In this document: piece by piece, positions 40,640 to 54,675 of the stretch
How the letters are laid out: each line of letters opens with the position of its first letter
Numbering within the stretch: position 1 is the stretch's first letter
NCBI GenBank assembly: GCA_951406725.2
Contig: OX597834.1
Span: 8,990,001 to 9,054,000, forward strand
DNA length: 64,000 nt
Source of the DNA: Octopus vulgaris
Lineage: Eukaryota
Reading direction: 5' to 3'
The notes under the pieces: generated by a model
Seen by the model: only the letters and a program-made list of their open reading frames with translations
Told to the model about the DNA's origin: nothing
Database searches by the model: none
Position numbers and translations under genes: made by a program

Positions 40640-40950
40640 ATTTTCCACTGAAGAGGGAGCCGGTTTCCTACAGAGATACAAGGCGCCATCTTTGGGAAGT
40701 AGATAACATAGATAAATTCACATTTGGAACTTGAGAAAAGCCTTGCAAATATTTTCACTGTTCCACTCACAGATTGCACTTGTAATGAACGAATTAGCCG
40801 GTCGACTTGTATTTCTGAAAATCTCATTTTATCCAGATACTCCTTAACGCATTTATAAAACCTAGTGCTCCAATTATGATTCGTTGTCTGGATATAGAAG
40901 CCAGAGTTTTCGAAGCAGTTGTCCATAGATATCCTACCTCACAGGAGTGG
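40640..40950 (-). pseudogene. 3' end of an RLE-type (R4/NeSL-like) non-LTR retrotransposon
   Basis: KCVKEYLDKMRFSEIQVDRLIRSLQVQSVSGTVKIFARLF resembles the C-terminal LQ..SI.GT.KI...F tail of RLE elements, followed by a short 3' UTR. Confidence 0.5.
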
Positions 40951-40996
40951 ACCCGAACAACCATGTAATGTTTAAAAGAAAAAAATGTATGTTTTA

Positions 40997-41368
40997 TCTT
41001 TTACTTGTTTCAGTCATGCTGGGACACAGCCATGAAAACATTTTAGTCGAATGTATCGACCCAAGTATTTATTTATAATGAACCTGGTACTTATTCTATC
41101 CGTCTTCTTTGCCGACCCCGATAAGTTGCAGGGACGTTAACAAACCACCACCGATCGTCAAGCACTGTTGGGGACAAACACACACAAACACATAGGCATG
41201 TATACACATATACGACGATCTTCTTTCACTTCCCGTCCTCCAAATCCATTCACAAGGATTTGGTCGGCCCGAGGCTATATTAGAAGCCAGTTGCCCAAGG
41301 TGCAACGCAGTGGGACTAAACACGGAAACATCGGTTTGGGAAGTAAGCTTCTTACCACACGATGAAGC
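40997..41368 (-). mobile_element. Family-A SINE, degenerate
   Basis: ttgcccaaggtgcaacgcagtgggact; tacttgtttcagtcat tail. Confidence 0.75.
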
Positions 41369-42594
41369 CTACACTTATACTCAAAAGATTTAAAAAGACT
41401 TCAATAAATATTTTGTGCACCGTAGATGTATACCCAGTATATTGCACATAAATTTTACCGAAATCTTGTATCGAACCTGACGGATTATATTGGACCCCAG
41501 TTCAGAATTTTCTTTTAGTTCAGAAAGGTTAACCAGGACCAAACTGTTATTTCGGTCATATTTTTTTTAAGAATATTTATCTGATATTCCCATTTGCCAA
41601 AACAAAGGAAGACGTGATTTAAAAGATACTCATGAATTATTTCTAGCACGTTAAACCACTAAAAAGAATCACGTGTTTATTTGTTTTTATGTGAACGCAT
41701 TTAATTTTATATTCATTATTTACTCTTAACCACTGGATTGAAATTACATTTCAAGACGCAAATGGCATGTTGATGATGGCGGGTTTTGTGTGGGGGGTTA
41801 GACCTTATTAATTCCAATTGCTATTATATTATAGGAGTCCTTTCTTCCTTTGGCCTATTTTTACTTATCTTATTTTTCAATCTTTATTTAATTATTTATT
41901 TGAAATTTTCAGTTTGATTTTCATTTTAATGTTAATTACTTTGGAGGAGTTTTTATTTTACTCATTGATTTTTCGAGAAATACACTTTTAAATCTGCTCG
42001 GCTAATTTTGTTTTTTTTTATATACAGATTCTCTCTTGTATTATAATTTATTTATTCACTTATGCGTTTGTGTTTTGTTTACTTTTAAAGAAAATACATG
42101 TTTGGCAAATAACATATCGGAAAGAACGAGTCGGTGGCGAATAAACATCTTGAGTCAATAAAGAAAAAATAATAAATCAAATCAAGATGAAAATAAAACA
42201 AAAGCTAAAAATACATAAACAAAAGCTACAAAAATATATAAACAAAAGCGAAAAATATAAACAGAATCAAATGGAACATAAAAAGAATATAAAGGAACAT
42301 AAACTGAGTTATTTAAGAACTGCTACGATTTGATAGTTGAAATAGAAAACTATGAAAGTAAACTTGGTCAATGTGCTTAGTTTGTATATTTATAGTAAAG
42401 ATTTCTATGTCACCGGTATATACACATTTACATATACATGCTTACACAGAATATTATATATATTCTTACACATTATATATATATACATATATATAAAATT
42501 TCGTTTCTATGCATATGCACATGTGAATGAGTAATGTATAGGCGTGTAAAAGTGTGCCCTTGTTTAAGTTAATACATATTTGTTTGCTTGTGAA

Positions 42595-43420
42595 TATATA
42601 TGTATATATATGTGTATATGTATATATATGTGTATATGTATATATATGTGTGTATATGTATATATATGTATGTATATGTATATATATATATGTATGTATG
42701 TATATGTATATATGTATGTATATATATATGTATGTATATGTATGTATATATATATGTGTATATATGTATGTGTATATATGTATGTATATATATATGTGTA
42801 TATATGTATGTATATATATATATGTATATATATGCATATATGTATGTATATACATATGTATATATATATGTATATATATGCATATATGTATGTATATACA
42901 TATGTATATATATATGTATGTATATATATATATGTGTGTATATACATATGTATATATATATGTATATATATGCATATATGTATGTATATACATATGTATA
43001 TATATATGTATGTATATATATATATGTGTGTATATATGTATGTATATATATATATGTGTGTATATATGTATGTATATATATATATGTGTGTATATATGTA
43101 TGTATACATATATGTATATATATATATGTATATATATAGCGTATATATATATGTATATATATATGTGTGTATATATATATATAGCATATATATATGTGTA
43201 TATATATATGTGTGTATATGTGTGTATATATGTATGTATATATGTATATATATATATATATATGTATGTATATGTGTATATATATATATATATGTATGTA
43301 TATGTGTATATATATATATATATATGTATGTATATGTGTATATATATTATATATATGTTTGTGTGTGTCTGTATGTGTATTCATTTACTATAAATATACA
43401 TACATATATGTATATATGAC
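42595..43420. repeat. Compound (TA)/(TATG) microsatellite with local higher-order repeats
   Basis: Direct inspection. Confidence 0.95.
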
Positions 43421-43794
43421 ATATATGCAGTTAAGCATGGATGTCGTACACATGCATACGCATAATATTTCTGTATGTATGAATGTATGTATGTGCGCAG
43501 TGCCTACTTAGAAATACGAGCTCACACACATGGTGATTTATTGCATTGTGATATACTGATACATTAACTCTAAAATACATTGTGGTAAATAATAGTTTAA
43601 ATATAACAATGAACTAAATTTATTATGCTATAAAATATATCTATATATTTAGGTAGCAATAAGTATTTATGTATTTATCCACATAAATATGTGAAAGTAA
43701 AATGAAAAAAAATTGATAGAAACTGAAATAAGATTGATAAATGTAGCGTTTTGCAAAATAAATTTGTATTTAAAATGAAAGTGTGGAATAAGAA

Positions 43795-44210
43795 ATTGGT
43801 TTCAAACTTCGGCAGAAGGTTAGAAATTCTCAGTAGGTAACTCCATTACATCGATCTCTGTTTCCAACTAGTACACGTTTTATGGAACCAGAAAGGATGA
43901 AAAGGAAAGTAGACGTTGGCGGAAATTGAACTCAGAACTAATAGATGAACGAAATGACGCTAATTTTTTTGCCCCGCGAGTAAACATTTCTGTTACCTGG
44001 TCACCTTAGTACACCTTAATACTATTGGTTTCAAATGCTGGAAGAAGACCAACAATTTCGAGAGAGGGGTAGGTCAGTGATATCGACCCCTGTGTTAAAC
44101 TGCTACTTATTTCTTCGACCCCGAAACAATGAAAGCCAAAGTTGATCACATCGGAATTTGAACGAAACACATGAGGACAAACAAGCTGTCGCTAAGAATT
44201 TTGGCCGGCA
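43795..44210 (-). mobile_element. Two head-to-tail degenerate family-B SINEs
   Basis: ttggtttcaaa starts at ~43796 and ~44025; ggaa(a/t)ttgaac boxes. Confidence 0.6.
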
Positions 44211-44540
44211 AATATGAAGAATATATCTATTGTCGTTAATCTTTTATAGGCCAATGCTTAATGTGATAAGGTAATGATATGTGCAGTGGATTTTTAGCAT
44301 TCAAAATTAGGTTCGATTCTTTGTGATAATTTAGCCATGAGTATGTGTTTCTAACCTGCTCGGTTTTAATTCCACTGTTTTTTGCGACTTAGTGAACTTT
44401 TCTTATAATTTTGGCATCCACACAAAAATTCCTTTCTTACAAAAGAATAAATATATTCACGTGTGAAATAATTGAACAGCTTTCGACCAGATTTGTGTGC
44501 AATCACTACTACTACTACTATTACTATTACTACTGCTGCA

Positions 44541-44582
<42 letters not shown>

Positions 44583-45847
44583 GCTGCTTTTTACATCTAT
44601 GATTAGCGAGTATGTTTCCCTTCCGAGGAATTGATATATTCTTATAATTTATCTTTCACTTGTTTTATTCATTATATTGCGGCACCGCTTTGAAGAATTT
44701 CAGATTTAGTATATTGTCGAGTGAATCTCTCCTTGTACTTTCCTTTTCTTTGTCACAAAGCCTTGTACTTATTTCATCACCTCCTTTGCCGATCCGCAGA
44801 TTCATCCAAAATGCAAAGAGAATGAATTTTGTCATTTAAACCGTTACTCTTAGTTCAGTGTTCAAATCTCGTCGAGGTCGACATCGTTTTCAAATTATTG
44901 TGATGTCGATAGGAACCATAACAATTAAATATTAGTTAAGATTATGGTCGTGTTCTTGGGTTTACATTTGTTTATTTGATCTGCAAGTTCCCTGGTGTGA
45001 AATTTTGTGCGGAAGCAGATATTGGTATATTTTACGATGGTAATTTGTTTTCTTTTTCTGCCGAATAAATACACGCACTATACATTCATTCTTCCCATTA
45101 GCTTTATTATTGTTCTTATTTCAGCATCTCTTGTCTGAAATTATTCGTCATACATTCTGTGATCATTTCAGAGACTCTCCATCCCATATGTGTCCTCTCC
45201 TAGAATAAAGCTAAAGCGAAGGACAAGAAAATAGTATGTGTGTATATTTGGCAAAGAAGAATGTCCATCCCGAAATATAAAAAATACTTCGATTTAAATG
45301 CCAAAGATAATATCTGTTTCAGAAAATCATTTTACTACCTGCAGATGCGGTAGTCTCGTAGAATTCTTTGAGTTGTCAGATAAAACTTCCCTAGACATCT
45401 GTTCTCGTTGCCTCAGATTTGAGCTCGGAATTCTCCTTAACTTGAATCAGCTGGCGTTGACAACATAAAACCTCAGTGAAAAGTTGGTGTCAATTACATC
45501 GACCAAAACTCCAAATATTGCAAAGAAATTTGGCCGGGTTTCTGCATTAGAGAGGGTAATTTTATTCGTCCGTGAGATTGAAGATTGACTATTAGTTAAG
45601 TACATTCGGAGAATTAGTGAATTCAGATCCCATCTTAAGCAGTAGATGCCATAATTCCCTGCCAATTTCTAGTACTCAGAGAGATTTGCAACGAATTAGC
45701 AAGAAGCATTTAACTAAGTGTTCAATTACCAATGAAGGTAACCTTACACTTTCCTCCTTAGAGTGTCTATAAAACAATTATTGATCCATTCCTAGCATAT
45801 ATACATACATGTATATGTGTGTGTGTGTGCTTGTCTACGTGTGTGTG

Positions 45848-45893
<46 letters not shown>

Positions 45894-46383
45894 ATTGTAC
45901 TTTGTTGGGTGGAATAATTTTATTTACGTGCACCCAGGTTCTGAAGTTCGTAGCCACAGGAGTTGGCTTTGTACTTACCATTTTGCAACTTCAATTAACT
46001 AAGTTCCAGTCAACTATACTATATGGAAAAATATGTGGCATAGATCCAAAGGAAGAACTCATTATTCTAAATTCACTCTAAAATCGTTGGATGGCAGAAA
46101 TGATGGCTTGGCAGGAGTTGTACCTAGACCGTTAACAGATATTACTCAATATTGATTTCTTACTTTGACACATGGACAACATGTTTAAGGAGAGAGAGTA
46201 ACCAATTAAATCGACCGTTATAGGAACTTCGAGCCAAAGAAGGAACCTTTATGTGGTCACTCGATTTGGTGGAAATAGTAGCTTAATCTTTTGCGCTTCA
46301 TATTGCACTGTATTAAATGTGTAGAGAGGCGTATCAGATTTTGCATTGAATGACATATACCTGATGACGGCACACACACTTAA

Positions 46384-46582
46384 CACTCCAGTATTTTAAC
46401 TGTCCACATTAGACCCAAATATTTTAAGCGTTTTATGTTCAAACTCGACACATCTTGCCTGTCACACCAACTCTACAATGTCATTCTTAAATATATATAA
46501 TCAAAGCATTAAAAGGGATAATTCCTGGTTGATTCAAAACAATGTGAACAAACATTTATAATTAATTGCAAATACTAAAGGA
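46384..46582. mobile_element. piggyBac-like MITE
   Basis: TTAA flanks at 46380-46383 and 46583-46586; imperfect TIRs cactccagtattt / aaatactaaagga. Confidence 0.45.
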
Positions 46583-46811
46583 TTAAAAACAATCAAACTG
46601 ATGCTAAACTTCAATGACACATAGTATTGCTTTTTTCTTTGTTACCATATCCGATGAAAAGATGGAACATGGGATTTCATCTTCGTAAGTAAACTAACAT
46701 GATGAAACATTGCAAATCATTTATTGTGCAACAGGTTTAGAAGTATTATGAACTGAATAAATTACGGGATTGAATAAATTCCGTATAACTCCGTATGTGT
46801 TTAAATAGGTA

Positions 46812-47020
46812 TTGGCGGTGAGCTGGGACAATCTTTAGCTCAAAATGTTTAGTGGCATTTCGTCAGTTTTTTCATTTTGAGCTGAAATTTTCACCGAGGT
46901 GAGCTGTGCTTTTCATCCTTTCGGGGTCGATCGATCAAATAATTACCTGTTGGGCACTGGGATCGATGAAATCAATTTAGTCACTCACCCAAAATTGCTG
47001 GCATTTTGCCAAAATTTGAC
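46812..47020 (+). mobile_element. Family-B SINE
   Basis: ggcggtgagctgg...ttttcatcctttcggggtcgat. Confidence 0.7.
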
Positions 47021-48163
47021 ATCACTATAGTAGGACGTATTCGTTTGAATTTACTCTCTTTCCAACATGTGATCTTGTATCAATGCTTAAATGGTAATAT
47101 AATTTACATTCTTTCTGCCCTTAAAACGTTACTATCACAACAAAGTTGTGAGATTTTCTACTTATCATTAAATTTTACATGTAAAGCTATTTACTGACAT
47201 AGTCATCACAAAATGGGAACGTTTAGGCAATACTTTAAAATTTCCTTCAAAGACCTGGAAAAGATTTATTACTGTTATATCCTGATTAACATAAAACGCC
47301 GTCTCAATGTTCTCGCTTGCATACATACATTTTATAAAATTTGATAGAATGCTGTTTGAATCAAAAAATGCTTGAAACGTAGCTGGTAAGATTTAAACAG
47401 TTTCTAAAGTTATAAATTCAGAGAACAAGAATACAAAAATTTCAAAACTTTGAAGAAGAAAAATAAATCGCACGTATAGACATCGATTCGTGATTCGATC
47501 CTCAGCATGTCCATGGAGGCATATTTTAAGTTTCAATACTTATGTTACGATAGACGCGAATCATCATCCATGCATGCATCGACTTTTGCGTTAAAGAAAA
47601 ATTGTCCTTACTTCAATATTGTCCATCCATAACACATTTCAGTTAAACTTAAAATAACAGCTACATCTTTAAATTTACTGTTTTGGTGTTGTTTTGTTTA
47701 GGGCCATTTTGAATACATTATTGAGAAAGAAACCATTCTAGAACAAAAAGTATGGTGTAACATTCTGACATTTGGCCACATATGACCGAAAGTTCATGAC
47801 AGCCGAATTTGGCAAAGTAACTTTACTGTTTTTCATTTTCTTTCGACAAAAACTCCGATTTGTTTGTACAAGAAAAACTGCATCAAAATAAAACGGATTA
47901 ATGCATTACACGTTCATGACTTAAGCCACACGCCATTTCTTCTTTATGTAACACACCCACCACTCTCTCAACCTTTTGATACATACATGTACACATATGT
48001 ATATGCATATAAATATATTGATAAACACACAACTACAAATATATATATATATATGTTGATAAACACACAACTACAAATATATATATATTTATATATAAAT
48101 AAACACACAACTACAAATATATATTTATATATATATATATATTGACAAACACACAACTACAAA

Positions 48164-48216
<53 letters not shown>

Positions 48217-48859
48217 ACAAAACACATGTGCTTCATAATGTATACACATACAAACAATATACTTAGACACACACATTCACATACACAGTTTTATATATAA
48301 ATGTATGTATGCGTGTACTTGCAGCTCTCTAAGTTTGTACGTACAGACATTATTATCCATTCCATTACCAAAATTTATTCCACAGATGTCTAATGCCTTT
48401 AGAAGCATCCATTTCTATTTCGGAGTTCTCTCACTTTTTTCTCTCAATTTCTTACGACGGTTTGAGTGAGTCGATAAACGCATTGTCTTCTGGTGGTTTC
48501 GAGAAAACGATCGATTTCAATTGATTGCTTAGTGCTGTATACAAAGCCAACGAAAATCGATGGCTATAATGATATTCGATCGTCAAAACTATAATCTTAA
48601 AAACTCCAAACTAAAAGATAATAATAATAATAATAGTAATAATACTGATGATGATGATAATAATAACGACGATAATGATGATGGTTGTAAGAAATAATAA
48701 AAACAATAATATTTTAGAAATAAGAACACCATATCTATTTTCAGTTTTTGATTTCGTTCTCTCTATTTGAATTTATATTTCTTCTCATTGGTCGACTGAT
48801 GCATCCAGACAGAATCATGTGCTTATGTGTGTGAGTACGTATGTTTAAATATGCATGTG

Positions 48860-49082
48860 TAGTTTCTATGTATATATACATACATACATATACATATATA
48901 TATAAATGTGTATATATATATGTATATATATATATATGTGTGTATACATATATGTGTGTATATACATATATGTGTGTACATATGTGTGTGTGTACATATA
49001 TATATATGTGTGTGTACATATATATATATGTGTGTGTATATATATATATGTGTATATATATATATATGTGTATATATATATA

Positions 49083-49113
<31 letters not shown>

Positions 49114-49357
49114 GTGTATATATATATATATGTATATATATATAATATATATATATATATGTATATATATATGTGTATATATATATATGTATATATATAT
49201 GTGTGTATATATATATATGTATATATACATACATACATATACATATATATATATAAATGTGTATATATATATGTATATATATAAATGTGTGTATACATAT
49301 GTGTGTATATACATATATGTGTGTACATATGTGTGTGTGTGTACATGTATATATGTG

Positions 49358-49388
<31 letters not shown>

Positions 49389-49519
49389 GTAGGTGAGATA
49401 AGATTGTATATAAATGTGTGTACATATGTGTGTGTGTGTACATGTATATATGTGTGTGTACATATATATATATGTGTGTGTATATATATATATATGTGTA
49501 TATATATGTGTGTATATAC

Positions 49520-49551
<32 letters not shown>

Positions 49552-49640
49552 GTTATAAATATGTTCGTAGTGCGTGTAAAATATGTATATATATATATAT
49601 ATATATATGTAGGTGAGATAAGATTGTATATAAATTGTAT
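48860..49640. repeat. Compound (TA)/(TG) microsatellite with duplicated unique spacer gtaggtgagataagattgtatataaat
   Basis: Spacer at ~49389 and ~49609. Confidence 0.9.
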
Positions 49641-49939
49641 GTGGTTTATATGAATTCATGTGTGTATTTGAGTAGAATGTTAATGTACAGGTGGGGTCAT
49701 TGTTTAAATAATATTTGTTTAAACATTGTATTGGCAACGAACCACAATTCTGTTCAGGAAACAGGATGTTGCGACGTTCACGTCTTTCTGTAGGTCATTA
49801 GCAACGTCAGTGAAACTTTGCCAATTGTGAATTGAAACCCGCCAGATATCTTTCTTTGAGGTTAATAATTCTGTATAAGGGATGGTAGAGCGGGAGTGAC
49901 GATGTCGTAAGATGTTCAGCAAGATATTTCGAGGTTTAG

Positions 49940-50420
49940 TAATAAAATAATAATAATAATAATAGTAATGATAATAATAGTAATAATAGTAGTAATAATG
50001 ATAATAATAATAATAGTAATAATAATAATAGTAATCATAATAATGATAATAATAGTAGTAGTAGTAATAATAATAATAATAATGATAATAATAGTAATAA
50101 TGATAATAATAATAATAGTAATAATAATAGTAATCATAATAATAGTAATCATAATAATAATAATAATAGTAATAATAATAATAATAATAGTAATAATAAT
50201 AGTAATAATAATATTAATAATGATAATAATATTAGTAATAATAATAATGATAATAATAATGATAATAATAAAAATGATAATAATAATGATAATAGTAATA
50301 ATAATAATGATAATAATAATAATAGTAATAATGATATTGATAATAATAATAATAGCAATGATAATGATAATAACAGTAATAATAATGATAGTATTACTAG
50401 TAGTAACTATTATTATTATT
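49940..50420. repeat. (AAT)n compound trinucleotide repeat
   Basis: Direct inspection. Confidence 0.95.
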
Positions 50421-50421
50421 A

Positions 50422-51110
50422 TCAGAGGTTTGCGGTTACCGTCAGGAGGAGCCATGGGTGAAGCCGTCGGTAGTGGGTATAGATATGATACTTAGGAAAG
50501 TTAAGTTGGGTTACCAATGTGGAAAGAAAGGGTCATCATTGAAGCATCTTCTGTTTATGGATGACCTGAAATTGTTGGAGAAATCTGAAAGAAAAGATAG
50601 ATTCCTTAGCCAAAACAGTCCAGACGTATGGTAGAGACACCGGTATGGAATTTGGGATTACCAAATGCTGAGTACTTAATATGAAAAGAGGGAAGAAAGC
50701 AGCCTTCAGAAGTTTGCGGTTACCATCAGGAGAGACCATGGGTGAACATGACGGTAGTGGGTATAGATGTTTAGGAGTTTCGGAGCTCGATGGCATTCTA
50801 CATAGAGAAATGAAAGTCAAGGTCAGCGAGGCATTATCAAAACAGGCTGAAGATGGTGTTGAAATGCAGCTTGAATATTAAAATTTGATTACCGCAAGGA
50901 ATATCTGGAGAATTGAGGTGGTCAGATATAGCGCGTCCAACCTCAAATGGACTAAGGAGGAAATATTACCACTGGATATATATATATATATATTTATAAT
51001 GTGTATATATACATATATACACACACACACATATATATATGTACATATACACACACACATATATATGCACACACACACACACACATATATATATATGTAC
51101 ACACACATAC

Positions 51111-51141
<31 letters not shown>

Positions 51142-51630
51142 TGATATATATATATATATATGCACCACAAGAAATTGAGGACACTGTGTATGTGGCTACA
51201 CCCTAAAGCAAACGTAAACAGACTGTATATGAAAAGAAAGAATGATAGTGTAGGACTAATTAGTATAGACCATTATATAAGGAGTGAAAGGGGAAAGCGT
51301 TCCGAGTAATTATAAATAGCGATGAAAACCTACTGCATTATGTCGCGAAAGATACGGAAAGAAATGCGGATGAATTTATGGCCAAGGAACAGTTTGGCGA
51401 AAGAGCTGAGGAAAAGAGGAAAGAAGACCTTGCGAAGAGTTTCATAGGAATATAAAAAACGTTAATTATAATACAGGATCGTGGGAATTGCTTGAACGAG
51501 GGTATTTGTAGCGTACCACAGAACGCCTGATCATTACTGCCCAAGACCAGACACTCGCTACCAATTCAATGAGGTATAACATCTACAGGACTTCAGACAC
51601 CCAGAAATGCAGACTCTGTGGAAAGATGCA
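50422..51630 (+). pseudogene. R4-clade non-LTR retrotransposon RT remnant
   Basis: HLLFMDDLKL, GMEFGITKC, YRCLGVSE, VVRYSASNLKWTKEEI, KANVNRLYMKRK..GL, LIITAQDQTLAT, KCRLCGK in the expected order; split by a microsatellite at 50977-51160. Confidence 0.85.
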
Positions 51631-51660
51631 CCACGCTTATCGTTATATTTCATTATTATA

Positions 51661-51865
51661 GAAGGCGGTTAGCTGACAGATCTGATAGCACACCGGGCAA
51701 AAATGCTTAGCAGTATTTTCGCCTGTCGCAACGTTCTGAGTTCAAACTCCGCCAAGGAGTTTCGATTTCATAAACTAAGTATCAGTGAAACACTGGGGTT
51801 CATATAATCGATTAGTCCCCTCTCCCACTTCTGAGACATTGTGCCTCCAGTAGAAAAGGTTATAT
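51661..51865 (+). mobile_element. Family-B SINE
   Basis: gaaggcggttagctgacaga...ctgagttcaaactccgcc. Confidence 0.7.
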
Positions 51866-52865
51866 TAGATTGTTATTATTAATATTATTATTATTATTAC
51901 TATTGTTATTGATATTATTATTTATATAGTTCTTGTTTTGGTACCAGTAATATATCCATTTCAATCGCATCCAACCTTCGATTGGTTTTAAAATCTGTTA
52001 ACTTGCAAATTTTCTCCTATTTTCTGCCTTGCTGCTAAAGTTACCAGTGCTGTTAGACACTGGATTTGTTAGCTATGCTTTAGTACTTTTGCCGTCTAAA
52101 TTGTTAGATTATCTTGAATTTAACAACCACCAACACCACCACCACCGCCTCCATAGCTACCATATCCATTGCAGTAATGAGGCCCATTACGGCTGAATAC
52201 AATAACAGGTACCACAGTACAGGCAGTAAAATGTATCGCCGGGTAATTTAAAGTAGCATAATTCTAATTGGAACTTAACCTGCCGGGAGAAATAATTTAC
52301 GAAAGAAAATCAATCATGATGAAGTGTAAAAGAAGTAATATTATCCGTAGCCAACTACCCTCATGACCTAAACTTATCAATGCATAGTCACTTAATTTCG
52401 CCTCGGCGTTAATAACCGACAGCTTGTAAGATCTTTGGAGCACGCGTGGAGAGAAAATTATTCGTTATGCAACGAAAGCAATTTGGCACAACTGATGTTA
52501 GAATTGAAACAGAAGGAAGCACTCCACAACTCTAAAAAAAAAAAGAAATTGAGATCGTCCGCATTACATCGTGCATGGACAAACAAATAGTAATGTATGA
52601 GTGGGAAGTTGGCAACTCGAAATATATATATCTGGTGGTTGGCTGCAGAGATTTCCGATGTTGTCCAACATGCAACAATCGCAAGACGTCTAAGCAAAAT
52701 GGCTCGGGTATATAAGTATGGAGCTTTTAAACCAACCGAGCGAGATGTCACTATCTAGAGACAAATCTTACTGCTAAATAAAACTAGTTAAGTATACGAT
52801 AGAATTCAAACTGTTACACTTACCAATACATCAACTAGTATACCGCACCCATACGGATAAATATA

Positions 52866-53955
52866 ATGTTACTCACATAAAATGTCGCATTGGAAAAAGG
52901 AAATATTTAAATGGTCTTTTTTAAGCTTTAGAATATTTGTGCATTTAATCAAAATATGACCCTTTTTCATTTTTGACCTTCATCCAACTTTCCTCTAAGG
53001 TATATTCTATCTTCAAAGCATTGTTATCTTTAACGCTGATAAACTGTTCAAATGCTTCCCTTATTTAAGAATGTTTTATTTCTTATAGCAAGCTCGAAGT
53101 GTTTAAATATGTGATAATCAGTAGGGGAGATATCAGGAAAATAAGGGAGATGTGCCAAAATTTCATAATTTAGGCTTTGTAACTTGTGGACTGTATCTTT
53201 AGAAGTGTGAGACCGTGCATTATCATGAAGCAAAATTGGGCCATCTTTATTCACAAATCATGCATGTAACCTATGCTGGTTTTGGGTAGTGTTTTGGTGA
53301 CTCTCCTGCATCTAGCCACTGCCCTGTCCTCCTGCTGTTATCGAAGAGTATCCATTTCTCATCACACGTAATGAATCGATACAAAAATGGTTCCCTTTCC
53401 ATGATATCATCATGGAACACACTGTACGGTTTCTGTTTCTTTGAATCTCATTTAGTTGCTGGGGGACAAACCTATACATCTTTTTGACTTTTCCACTTTT
53501 CTTCAGGTGTCGAGAAGCAGTTGCGGAAGAAGTCTGGAACTCTGATCCGATTTTTCGGACAGTCGATCGCGGGTTTTGTTAAACCAAAGCATTCAATTCA
53601 CCATGTCCACTACTGATTTTGGTCCTTCTCTTGTTTGATTTTTAAGGCTTTCATTTTCTGAACTAAATCGTTGGAACCATCTCTAAACGGTTTTAATGTC
53701 AACAGAAAACCGCTTGATGTTTTGTAGCGCTTCGATGGCAGTGTTACCCAACTTGTATTCGAATAAGAAAATCGGTATTGTTCACATGTCAACATTGTCA
53801 TAAGAGCTTTGGGTAGCAATTTTGAATAAGAGTATATTGTCTCGAAAGAAAGAGAGTTAAGAGTAAACATAAGCATATAGATAGAAACTCATTAAAATTC
53901 CATTTATTGATGACTCATAAGAAACCCATTAAAAATAGACATTTCATGTGAGATA

Positions 53956-53958
<3 letters not shown>
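52866..53958 (-). mobile_element. Decayed mariner (DD34D) transposon
   Basis: FITCDEKWILFDN, ILLHDNARSH, HLPYFPDISPTDYHIF; imperfect TIRs ttactcacataaaatgtc (52869) and gacatttcatgtgagataa (53938). Confidence 0.9.
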
Positions 53959-53999
<41 letters not shown>

Positions 54000-54027
54000 A
54001 TATATGTATATATATACACACACATAT

Positions 54028-54228
54028 GCAGCACGCAGTGTTGTCAGTGAACAGGTCGCGGTCTCAAAGCGACGAAAATATTTTGACAAATTAAATTTTA
54101 ATGTTGAAGTGAATCTAACGGTTTTGTGTACTTCTTAAATGCTTTATAAACACCTTCCACGCTGCAAATGTTTTCGTTCCAGCACATGATCTCAGATCAT
54201 GTTACTCGCTATGCAAGTACATCACTAT
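54028..54228 (+). mobile_element. Probable Penelope-like element terminal (pLTR) fragment
   Basis: ~200-bp unique block between (TA)n tracts that carries a minimal hammerhead motif, which is characteristic of PLE termini. Confidence 0.55.
54041..54089 (+). ncRNA. Minimal type-I hammerhead ribozyme, G3-C8 variant
   Basis: Stem I UUGUCA/UGACAA; core GUGAACA; stem II GUCGC/GCGAC; GAAA; palindromic AUAU; UU cleavage site. Confidence 0.7.
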
Positions 54229-54675
54229 CTCTCTCTCTCTCCATATATATATATATATATATATGTATATGTATATGCATGTTCTTGTTTAAATACTCTT
54301 ACTGTGACAATAGTCATTTCCGAATTGAAAGCTTTCAATAAAACTAATGTTTATTAAACGTTAATATATATATTTCGTACATTTATGCTCTGAGTTAAAT
54401 TGCCACCGACTTCGATTTTGTCTTTCATCTTGTCGATAAAATAAGTTGAGATCGATGTAATCGACTTGCTTCCACCCTTGAACATGAAACCAATATATAT
54501 CTTATACTTAACAGTAATATTCATCACCTCTTCCAGCCACGTGACCACTCAGACCGTCGGCGGTTTTTAGCTCTTTCTGTCCATCCTTGGTTGTGGATAC
54601 TCATCCGATAAACAGAGCAGAAGTTCGCTCCAGTACGCAATATGCAATAAAATATTTGACAAACAGTCAGTAATA

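Noticed and set aside
40645-40690. CTGAAGA plus hairpin as a hammerhead
   Set aside because: No GAAA follows the stem; the same failure applies to CTGAGGA at ~39210 and CTGAAGA at ~23932.
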